Below are positions 26,934 to 35,333 of a stretch of 40,067 bases of DNA, piece by piece. Position 1 is the first letter of the stretch. The number at the start of each line of letters is the position of its first letter. The DNA lies in the NCBI GenBank assembly GCA_038248345.1, contig JBBRXO010000012.1, positions 1 to 40,067 on the forward strand, read 5' to 3'. Both the position numbers and the translations under genes were made by a program. The notes beneath the pieces are model-generated. The model was not told the origin of the DNA and did not search any database. It saw only the letters and a program-made list of their open reading frames with translations. Origin of the DNA: Armatimonadota bacterium. Its GTDB lineage: Bacteria > Armatimonadota > Hebobacteria > CAIYQO01.

Positions 26934-27596
26934 ATGATAGTAGTGGAAAATTCACAGGATTTTTCTCCAGAATCATATATCAAGTATCTGATCACACAGA
27001 TGCCGTGGCCTATCGTGATCTGTGACGAAAACCATCTCATCCTGGACGCAAATTCATCCTTGGAGAAATTGTTTCTCCGGCCATTTAACGAAATAATTGG
27101 CCATTCCGATGACGAGTATCTCAAAATCAGCGAAGAGCAACTAAAGCCATCGCAGTTTGCAAATATGTGCCGTCTAGTTTTGCCGAATGGGAAAGAATTG
27201 CTGGTTGCAGTATACCTGACACCGCTGACAATCGCCGACGGAAGAGCAATCCTCTTCAACGTCATCATGGATACGTCACAGGCTGCAAATATGCATCAAG
27301 AACAGCTGAAGTCAGCGGAATTAGTGGGGATTTTCCAGACTATCGCCACTGTCAATCACCAGATCAACAATCCCCTCTTCGGCTTGATGGCTACCCTGCA
27401 AATGATGACAGAAGAGATGAAAGACGCAGACCCAGCAGTGAAAAGAAAACTGGAGCGTATGACGGTGTGCGCTGAACGCATTAAACAGATAACCGATGAA
27501 CTCTCACAAGTAGTGCGGCCCGCACGCCGTATCTACGCCGAGAATGAAGGAATGTTAGATTTAGGAAATGCCGTCGGGCGTAGCCCGATAAAATAA
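26934..27596 (+). CDS. PAS domain + HisKA (DHp) protein lacking a catalytic ATPase domain
   Basis: PAS pattern (MPWPIVICDEN..ILDANSS...EIIGH), H-box TVNHQINNPL; the protein ends without N/G1/F/G2 boxes. Confidence 0.85.
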   Translation: MIVVENSQDFSPESYIKYLITQMPWPIVICDENHLILDANSSLEKLFLRPFNEIIGHSDDEYLKISEEQLKPSQFANMCRLVLPNGKELLVAVYLTPLTIADGRAILFNVIMDTSQAANMHQEQLKSAELVGIFQTIATVNHQINNPLFGLMATLQMMTEEMKDADPAVKRKLERMTVCAERIKQITDELSQVVRPARRIYAENEGMLDLGNAVGRSPIK

Positions 27597-27644
27597 TGAT
27601 GTACTGATTGAAATGGATAACCCACGCTATCAGATAGGAGAAGT

Positions 27645-28718
27645 ATGACAGCAGCAGATACTAGTTATATTCGCATATTAGTCGTAGATGATGAAGAGGT
27701 AGTACGCGAACCTCTGACTGAGGCATTGGGGTGGGCAGGATATCTGGCCGACGGCGCCGCTAGCGTCGAGGATGCGCTAGTACTACTGGATACTAACCGC
27801 TACGATATGCTTTTCTGCGACTTGATCATGCCCGGAGCCAATGGCTTCACCTTGATGGAAGTAGTGCGCCGCCGCTTCCATGGCCTCCCAGTCATCGTGC
27901 TCACCGGCCACGCCACCATCGACATCACTCAACGTGCCATCCGACTGGGGGCGCAAGATTTTATCATAAAACCGTTCAGCGTCCGTGAGCTTCCTTTTAT
28001 TGTGGAGCGAAACCTGGAGCGCATCCGGCTGGAACAGATACTACAAAAACAGCAGACTGAACACCTGCTCTTCCAGACGGTGCAGGCACTCACCGCTGCT
28101 ATCGAAGCGAAAGACCCTTACACGGCTGGTCACTCGCAAAAAGTAGCCTACATTGCAGAGAAGTTCGCACTTGCTTTAGAACTAAGCGCTACTGACCTCT
28201 TTGTGCTACGGCTGGCGGGGATGATGCATGATGTGGGTAAAATTGGTATCCCGGAGAGCATCCTGCTCAAACCAGGGAAACTGAACGATCACGAATGGAC
28301 TATCATGAAACAACACCCCGTCATCGGGGCTGAGATCGTCGGGCAAATTGTCGATCTTAATTTCGTTGCCAAAATTGTACGCTCACATCATGAGTGTTGG
28401 AATGGAAGCGGCTACCCGGATAAACTGAAAGAGGAATCAATACCCTTCTTATCGAGAATACTGTTCATCTCCGATGTCTTCGACGCGCTTACTTCCGACC
28501 GCTCTTATCGTAAAAAAATGACCAGAAATGATGCCATGGAGATAATAATGAAAGAGGCGGGTGTCCTTTTTGATGAAGAAATGGTGTACGTTATGAAGGA
28601 ACGAGTTATTGATAGCCTGGATGAAAGCATCATCAACTGTCCATTAATGCTTCCACACCTTTCACGCACCTATAACGGTATTATACCCGCTACGCCTCCC
28701 CCGATGGAATCGGACTAA
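27645..28718 (+). CDS. Response regulator with HD-GYP cyclic-dinucleotide phosphodiesterase domain (RpfG-like)
   Basis: REC: VVDDE, CDLIMPG, LTGH, IKPF; HD-GYP: KDPYTAGHS, HDVGKIG, HHECWNGSGYP, DVFDALTSDRSYR. Confidence 0.95.
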   Translation: MTAADTSYIRILVVDDEEVVREPLTEALGWAGYLADGAASVEDALVLLDTNRYDMLFCDLIMPGANGFTLMEVVRRRFHGLPVIVLTGHATIDITQRAIRLGAQDFIIKPFSVRELPFIVERNLERIRLEQILQKQQTEHLLFQTVQALTAAIEAKDPYTAGHSQKVAYIAEKFALALELSATDLFVLRLAGMMHDVGKIGIPESILLKPGKLNDHEWTIMKQHPVIGAEIVGQIVDLNFVAKIVRSHHECWNGSGYPDKLKEESIPFLSRILFISDVFDALTSDRSYRKKMTRNDAMEIIMKEAGVLFDEEMVYVMKERVIDSLDESIINCPLMLPHLSRTYNGIIPATPPPMESD

Positions 28719-28745
28719 ATTATATACAATCGAGGAAACTCCCTG

Positions 28746-29216
28746 ATGTCCTTTTTACCAGATAATGCCTGCTTCGTTTGCGGACCCGCCAACGAAGCAG
28801 GGCTTCACTTAGAATTCACTCAAAACGGCGACAGTTACGAAACTACCTTCACACCACCGCGTATCTATCAAGGGTATGCAGGAATATTGCATGGCGGCAT
28901 CATGGCAACTGTGCTGGATGAGGTAATGGCGCGCTTCGCCTGGGTAATGGCAGGGCCAGCGGCAACAGCCAAGATGACGATTCGTTATCGTAACCCGGCC
29001 CCAGTGGGGGTGGCTATAACCTTCCGCAGTTGGGTAACTGCTACGCGCCGCAGCGGTAAAGCCTATGAGATGGCGGCCTCCGCCACTTTAGCAGACGGCA
29101 CCCTGCTCGCAGAGGCTACGGCGCTGGTAATCTGCATCGACCGTGCGCAACTTGACGAGATGTCCGGTGTCAAAACGAGTGAAATAGTACACGATAACAG
29201 CGTATCGTGTACCTAA
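28746..29216 (+). CDS. PaaI/hot-dog thioesterase
   Basis: CFVCGPANEAGL, YQGYAGILHGGIMATVLDEVM. Confidence 0.9.
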   Translation: MSFLPDNACFVCGPANEAGLHLEFTQNGDSYETTFTPPRIYQGYAGILHGGIMATVLDEVMARFAWVMAGPAATAKMTIRYRNPAPVGVAITFRSWVTATRRSGKAYEMAASATLADGTLLAEATALVICIDRAQLDEMSGVKTSEIVHDNSVSCT

Positions 29217-29244
29217 TACTAACACTATAAAAGGAGAATACACC

Positions 29245-30687
29245 ATGAATTTAGTACCTGTTCGTTTGCTACGCGTATCGCTAGCGCTATTCGTCCTATG
29301 CTGCGGGACATTCACCCCCCGGCTCCAAGCAGCTGAGGTGACGCCCGACGCCGCCATCGCCATCGCCATGCTGGAGGCAACCCAGGTAGGCTTCCGCGCC
29401 GTACACAATAAAGTCGCCCCTGCTCTGGTTTCCATCGTCTCCAGCATCGCCGATTCAAATACCACAACTAATCTTCTCGGCGCTCCTACTATCCCCCAGA
29501 TACGCAGCGCCAGCGGTTCCGGGGTGATCATCCGCGAAGAAGGCATTATCCTCACTAACTCGCACGTCGTCAACGATGCCAGCAGAATTACGGTGAAATT
29601 AAATGGCGGTGAGGAAGACCTGCCCGCGGAGGTAGTGCAAATGGACACACGCACTGACCTGGCTATCGTACGCATCACCAAACCGGGCAAATATCCAGTG
29701 GCTACGCTGGGCGATGCCAGCACGGTGCAGGTGGGTGACTGGTCTATTGCCTTCGGCTCACCCTTCCGCCTCGCCTCCACTATGACAGTGGGCATCATCA
29801 GCGCTACCGGGCGCAATCTGCCGCAGGAGGAAGGCGCGTTCTCCTACAACGACCTGCTGCAAACGGATGCCGCTATTAATCCGGGCAATAGTGGAGGACC
29901 ATTGGTGAACATCCGCGGTGAGGTTATCGGGATCAATTTCATGATCTATAGCCCCGGCGATACGGCAGGCAGCGTGGGCATCGGCTTCGCTATCCCCATT
30001 AATGATTACAACCGGGAGATCATTAAAACAATCTCGAACGGTAAACAAGTTGAGCGGGGACGACTGGGAGTAAGTGTCGGCCCGCTAAGCGAAGTAATGC
30101 GCGAACAATACGGAGTGACCACCGGCGGCGCATTTATCGAAGAGGTAATTCCTGGTATGGCCGCTGAAAGAGCTGGTGTGCTGGCGGAAGATGTGCTTAT
30201 TGAATTAAATCGTACGGCAATCACCGACTACCAGCATTGCGTGCGGCTAATTGAACGTACAAAGCCGGGCACTGTAGTTTCCGTAACTGTGATACGCAAT
30301 AAGAAGCCAGTGAAGTTGACTGTGACAGTCGGCGCGATACCTACTCCATCAAAAAGTGACCTGACCGAGATAAATACCGGCATGTCCGTAGAGACTTTGA
30401 CCACTGACCTGATCAACCAACTCAAAATCACCGGTGTTAAAAATGGTGTGGTAGTGACAAAAGTGGCGGCCGGATCAGTGGCGAATTATGCTGGTATCCG
30501 CGCCGGAGATGTCATCCTTAGTCTCGGAGTAGCGGAGAACAGAGTTGAAATCCTCAATGCCGATCAATTCTGGTCAGAGCTCTCGAAACGCAACAACGAA
30601 CCCACTAAAGGTCAAATACTGCGCCTCAAACGTGGGATCAAGGTACCACAAACGATAACTTTCCCAAAGATTGATACCAGTAAATAA
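29245..30687 (+). CDS. HtrA/DegP-family serine protease with two PDZ domains
   Basis: Signal peptide; triad TNSHVV, RTDLA, TDAAINPGNSGGPL; two PDZ-like regions; AAGGAG SD. Confidence 0.95.
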   Translation: MNLVPVRLLRVSLALFVLCCGTFTPRLQAAEVTPDAAIAIAMLEATQVGFRAVHNKVAPALVSIVSSIADSNTTTNLLGAPTIPQIRSASGSGVIIREEGIILTNSHVVNDASRITVKLNGGEEDLPAEVVQMDTRTDLAIVRITKPGKYPVATLGDASTVQVGDWSIAFGSPFRLASTMTVGIISATGRNLPQEEGAFSYNDLLQTDAAINPGNSGGPLVNIRGEVIGINFMIYSPGDTAGSVGIGFAIPINDYNREIIKTISNGKQVERGRLGVSVGPLSEVMREQYGVTTGGAFIEEVIPGMAAERAGVLAEDVLIELNRTAITDYQHCVRLIERTKPGTVVSVTVIRNKKPVKLTVTVGAIPTPSKSDLTEINTGMSVETLTTDLINQLKITGVKNGVVVTKVAAGSVANYAGIRAGDVILSLGVAENRVEILNADQFWSELSKRNNEPTKGQILRLKRGIKVPQTITFPKIDTSK

Positions 30688-30707
30688 CCCTGACCAGTAA
30701 AACAATA

Positions 30708-31700
30708 TCAATCTTCGCTATAGCCGCGTGGGTGGGAACTATGCCATGCCCACGCGGTGGCGATGATATCACGCACCGAGGTATATTGCGGTTGCCAGTT
30801 AAGCTCCGCTTGTGCGCGCGCCGAGGATGCGATAAGCACAGCAGGATCACCCGCACGCCGCTCCACCAGCACTTCTGGGATGACATGCCCGGTCACCTGT
30901 CGGCAATAGTCGATCACCTCACGCACCGAGAAGCCCGTGCCATTACCCAGATTGAAGATCGCCGATTCTCCGCCCGCCATGATGCGGCGCAAGGCCAACA
31001 GATGGGCGCTGGCCAGATCATCCACATGGATGTAATCACGCACGCAGGTGCCGTCTTCAGTAGGATAATCGCTACCGAATACATTTATGCTCGGGCGTTG
31101 CCCTAATGCCACCTGCAACACTAGCGGAATCAGGTGCGTTTCTGGGGAATGATCCTCACCGACCTCCCCGCCCGGCGTGGCCCCAGCGGCATTGAAGTAC
31201 CGCAACGCGGTGTAGTTCAACCCATAGGCAACGCGATAACTTTCCAGCAATCCCTCAAAAGCCAATTTAGTCCGCCCATAGGGGTTAGTCGGATGGGTAG
31301 CAGTATCCTCGGTGATGGGTACCTCTTCTGGCTCACCGTAGGCGGCAGCCGTACTGGAGAAGATAACGTGCTGCACACCCGCTTCCAGCGCACCGTCGAT
31401 CAGCGCTTTACCTTTCACCACGTTGTTCTCATAGTACTTCGCCGGGTTAGTAACAGATTCGCCCACCAGACTATCGGCGCCAAAATGCATCAGCGCGTCA
31501 ATCTTGTGACGTCGGCACAGGTCAGCCACCAGCGCGCCATTGCCATAGTCGCCCACGACTAGCTCCATGCCCGCCACCGCCGCCCGATGCCCCTTGGCCA
31601 GGTTATCCAGCACCGTAACTGTACCGGCATTCTCCCGCAACAGATATTTGACCATATGGCTACCGATATATCCGGCTCCGCCCACAACAAGGATATTCAC
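30708..31700 (-). CDS. galE: UDP-glucose 4-epimerase
   Basis: GGAGYIGSH, FSSTAA, YGRTK, LRYFNAAG, DGTCVRDYIHV; GTG start with AGGAGG SD. Confidence 0.96.
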   Translation of the reverse strand: MNILVVGGAGYIGSHMVKYLLRENAGTVTVLDNLAKGHRAAVAGMELVVGDYGNGALVADLCRRHKIDALMHFGADSLVGESVTNPAKYYENNVVKGKALIDGALEAGVQHVIFSSTAAAYGEPEEVPITEDTATHPTNPYGRTKLAFEGLLESYRVAYGLNYTALRYFNAAGATPGGEVGEDHSPETHLIPLVLQVALGQRPSINVFGSDYPTEDGTCVRDYIHVDDLASAHLLALRRIMAGGESAIFNLGNGTGFSVREVIDYCRQVTGHVIPEVLVERRAGDPAVLIASSARAQAELNWQPQYTSVRDIIATAWAWHSSHPRGYSED

Positions 31701-31869
31701 CAACGCACCCTCCTCTAATTCATACAAATAGCATACCGCTTAATGGGGATTAAGGGCAAGGATAAAGCAGCGGGAGGGTGTAAACGCCTGGCTGGGTTGC
31801 GACTATTATGACTTTTTGGCACCTTCCTCACTAATCGGTTATAATAGATAGACATTGAGGTGACACAGT

Positions 31870-32460
31870 ATGGTTGATACGTTGAGTAAGGTACCTGCAC
31901 GCTTATATCATGAGCTGATTGTAGCTGGTTATGGCGGGCAAGGAGTGCAGACGTTAGGGCAGATACTGGCCGAGGCGATGGTGCTGAATGGCAATGAAGT
32001 CGTCTGGACTCCTGCCTATGGGCCGGAGATGCGCGGTGGCCCGTCATTCTGCACAGTTATCATGTCAGATCGTCCCATTGGCTCGCCGGTAGTGGCTCAT
32101 GCAGACACGGCGATCATCATGGATCAACCGAGTGTAGCAAAATACCAGCAGCGGCTGCGTCCCACCGGGCGAATTATCTACAACAGTACGTTGGTGAAAC
32201 CCGAATTGCTCCGTACCGATATCCCTACCTTCGCCGTCCCTGCCGGGGAACTGGCAGAGGAACTGGGCATGGCACAGGCGACAAATATGATCATGCTCGG
32301 CGCTTTCATCTACCTGACGAAGCTGGTGTCCCCGGAATCGATTCTTACCGCGTTGCGCGAATCGCTGCCGGAACGCAAGCATCACCTGTTGCCACTCAAC
32401 GAGCAGGCATTGATCCTGGGAGGGCAAGCATGCTTGAGCAACTCTTGTGTTATCAAATAA
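31870..32460 (+). CDS. 2-oxoacid:acceptor oxidoreductase gamma subunit (KorC/PorC-like)
   Basis: AGYGGQG, PAYGPEMRGG, IGSP, NMIMLGA; GAGGTG SD. Confidence 0.93.
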   Translation: MVDTLSKVPARLYHELIVAGYGGQGVQTLGQILAEAMVLNGNEVVWTPAYGPEMRGGPSFCTVIMSDRPIGSPVVAHADTAIIMDQPSVAKYQQRLRPTGRIIYNSTLVKPELLRTDIPTFAVPAGELAEELGMAQATNMIMLGAFIYLTKLVSPESILTALRESLPERKHHLLPLNEQALILGGQACLSNSCVIK

Positions 32461-32496
32461 TGACCTCCCTACCCGAGAAATGAGTGCCAATTGACC

Positions 32497-34812
32497 ATGA
32501 AACACCTTACGGACAAGCTGGTTTCGCTGGTATATAGATGGCTCCTCATCGTGGCTATATCGCAATTAGGCATTGTCACATGCGGCGCGGTGGAGCGGGT
32601 CGTCTTCCAACGCCAGGAATTGAGTGGGGAAGTCTACAATCTGGTAATTATGGACGAGGACAGTGACCACCCCGCCGAGTTACCCACTGACCCACTGCTC
32701 ACCGGCTCGCGTATGCAACCAACGCTTTCCCCGGATATGCGCACCTTGACCTTCACCGCGCAAACCGACGGCGGACATTATCGCCTGTTTCGCTGGGAGA
32801 TAGACGAGAACAATATGCCCGTGGGCTCGCCCACCCTCGTTATCCCTGCCGCCACCGATAAATTATGGGGTGATGAACTATTCCCCACCCTCTCCAATGA
32901 CGGAACCTTGCTGGCCTTTCTGGTGGAGGAGGGCACCGGTGATTATTCCCTACGGACGCTGGATATTACCACTGGGAAAATACACCTTTTGCGGCATGTG
33001 AATGTGGCTGCTCCACTACAATGGCGAACTGATGATGTAACACTCCTCTTCCTGGAGAACGTGGGTGGAATCCAGCAGCTTCGACAATTATTCGTCGATG
33101 ATTCCTCCCTGCTACCTGACTATTACTTCGCCGGGAAGAATATCATCTCGGCCACCTACTCTCCCGATGGTAACCATATCGCTGCTCTCCTCGCGGCGGA
33201 AGATGGTACTTCCACGTTGGAGGTGACGCTGACCAATGGCAAAACCCGCATCGTCCTCTCCCGCTTGATCAATGCCAAATGCGTACGCTGGCCCCACACC
33301 GGCATGTTGATGTTCAACGCCTCGCGCGTGGGAGAACAGACCGGCAAAGCCTTGTGGAGCGTCGCCGTAGATGGCACCGGGTTGTTGGGGATTTCAGGCT
33401 ACACTATTCCGCGCCTGGTCTCGCATTTCGCCCGGAGACAACTTCCCGCCGACGGGTTCGACTTCCCCGTTGATAAAGTCCAGCCGCTACTCCTGCCCAG
33501 TTCAGTTGAATCAATTACCTCGAATGTCCTCGGCGGAAGTAATACCTGGCTTACACTAATAAGTAAGCGCGCGCAGTTCAACTACACGCCGCCGCATGAT
33601 AATACTATCTATCGCAATATGCCCTTCATTCGACAACCACGCCCACAAGCTGTACAGCTGGAAACACGCGCACGCTTGCAACCGCCAGCACCCCCGGTAC
33701 TGACGGGCAACGTTAACTTCGTCACCCCGCTCCCGGACACCGAAGTGCGCGGGACCATCCTCATCACTGCTTATGCCCGTCGCAAAGTCACGCAGGTAAT
33801 CCTGCGCATCGAAGGGGAAGTGATGGGTACGTTGCCGGTGAAAGTTTTCAATGCCGAGTGGGGGATCATCGGCTATACCTGGAACACCCAGGAATGGCTG
33901 AATACTGACCTTCCCGCTGGACAATTACCCGGCAAAACGCGCGAGCAACAACACTTTTCCGATGGGCAATATATGCTCACCCTCACCGCCTTGAACATGG
34001 ACGGCGACATCGTGGGGCGTGATTTCGTCAACGTCACTGTAGCGAATGAACTACCGGCGAAACTAATCCCGGCTTCACTGGAGTTGAACTATCCGAGTGA
34101 AACTACCACCCCCGACGAACGCTATCGGGTGACCGCGATGGGCAATATATACGGCACGCCAACAACTCCGGCACCGGGCTACGTCCTGTTCGATATCTAT
34201 TATACGCGCCGCGCCCTCCGTGCCGAACGAGGTAAGGGCTTGCGATGGCAATCACAAGTAGAGACATCGCCCACCGGCAACGCCCTCATCCTCCCCAATG
34301 GCGCAAAACCGATGCCGGAAGAAGGCAAGCTGGTGCTTTACCTGCAATCGCCCGAAGGTGTGGTCACCAATGACCGGAAAGAGAATATCCCCCCATTGAC
34401 GATGCTCACAGTACCCTTCACCGGCATTGATGCCCAGCCTTTCCGCGTTGGCATGAGCTGGTACGACCCTATGTGGGTAGTGGCAGATTTGTATAACCGC
34501 ACCACTTGGAAAGTTCCCAGCAAACACCAGTTGGATGGAGTCGAGCGTATCGGGGGTAGCTACTATGCCCGCATCCGCTCGGAATTCAGTACCCGACTAC
34601 AACTGCCGACCACTATCACCACCACAGTTCCCGGCTTCAAAGAGGCTCCAACTTCGATGGACAGCTCCATCCCCACCATGCGCGGAGTACGTTATAGCTG
34701 GTTCGACTACACCGCTCACTCGTTCTACAAGGTAGAAGATTACATCGTCTACGACCTACCCGGCGGCGCACACTATACGGTGCGGTATAGCTATGTCCGG
34801 TCAGGGTTGTAG
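32497..34812 (+). CDS. Secreted protein with TolB-like beta-propeller, Ig-like domain and unknown C-terminal domain
   Basis: Hydrophobic leader; PD40-like repeats (QPTLSPD, FPTLSNDG, YSPDG); Big-like segment FVTPLPDTEVRGTI...WNT...DGQYMLTLTA. Confidence 0.75.
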   Translation: MKHLTDKLVSLVYRWLLIVAISQLGIVTCGAVERVVFQRQELSGEVYNLVIMDEDSDHPAELPTDPLLTGSRMQPTLSPDMRTLTFTAQTDGGHYRLFRWEIDENNMPVGSPTLVIPAATDKLWGDELFPTLSNDGTLLAFLVEEGTGDYSLRTLDITTGKIHLLRHVNVAAPLQWRTDDVTLLFLENVGGIQQLRQLFVDDSSLLPDYYFAGKNIISATYSPDGNHIAALLAAEDGTSTLEVTLTNGKTRIVLSRLINAKCVRWPHTGMLMFNASRVGEQTGKALWSVAVDGTGLLGISGYTIPRLVSHFARRQLPADGFDFPVDKVQPLLLPSSVESITSNVLGGSNTWLTLISKRAQFNYTPPHDNTIYRNMPFIRQPRPQAVQLETRARLQPPAPPVLTGNVNFVTPLPDTEVRGTILITAYARRKVTQVILRIEGEVMGTLPVKVFNAEWGIIGYTWNTQEWLNTDLPAGQLPGKTREQQHFSDGQYMLTLTALNMDGDIVGRDFVNVTVANELPAKLIPASLELNYPSETTTPDERYRVTAMGNIYGTPTTPAPGYVLFDIYYTRRALRAERGKGLRWQSQVETSPTGNALILPNGAKPMPEEGKLVLYLQSPEGVVTNDRKENIPPLTMLTVPFTGIDAQPFRVGMSWYDPMWVVADLYNRTTWKVPSKHQLDGVERIGGSYYARIRSEFSTRLQLPTTITTTVPGFKEAPTSMDSSIPTMRGVRYSWFDYTAHSFYKVEDYIVYDLPGGAHYTVRYSYVRSGL

Positions 34813-34863
34813 CCCGCGCGCGCCGTTGTATACAAATACGCGCCACGGCGGATGCGGGCTACA
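34808..34863. repeat. REP family A inverted doublet
   Basis: tgtagcccgcgcgcgccgt...acggcggatgcgggctaca; its GTAG supplies the upstream gene's TAG stop. Confidence 0.88.
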
Positions 34864-35025
34864 GGTGCACAATATTTCACCCCGAAGGGGTGGCGGACTA
34901 TCTGGTTCCGTATGTTAGGATTATAAACGTGCCACTAGGAGTATCGGTTCTACCTAACCCGGCCACGTCGGAACCAAATTCAATACGCACTAATACGGTT
35001 AAATGCCAATCAATCGGAATAATAA

Positions 35026-35113
35026 CATAGTTCCGGGCGAAACCCGGGGTCGGCTTATCGAATGCATGACCTCAATATATAAACCTCTTCCCCGGATTTC
35101 GCCCGGGGCTATG
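35026..35113. repeat. REP family E inverted doublet
   Basis: 35026-35049 is inverted to 35090-35113 with 3 mismatches in 24; each arm is itself a hairpin. Confidence 0.8.
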
Positions 35114-35130
35114 GTATCCTGCCACAATGC

Positions 35131-35239
35131 TTAATTTACAGGATATTAGGATGGTCAGGATAACAGGTAGGATATTGTCTTCATCGGATAATACTTCCCG
35201 GCTCTTTTATCCTACTCATCCTTACATCCTGTAAATTAA
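35131..35239. repeat. Hairpin element with periodic AGGAT/ATCCT motifs
   Basis: Perfect 14-bp terminal IR TTAATTTACAGGAT; three AGGAT and three ATCCT at 8-9 nt spacing. Confidence 0.8.
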
Positions 35240-35333
35240 AGCAATCGGAGAGATTCCTTATGGTTTTTCGACCCACCCGCAACGCCCAACGCCCTTTGCG
35301 CGTATAATCATATGGACTGCTACGGAGGACAGG

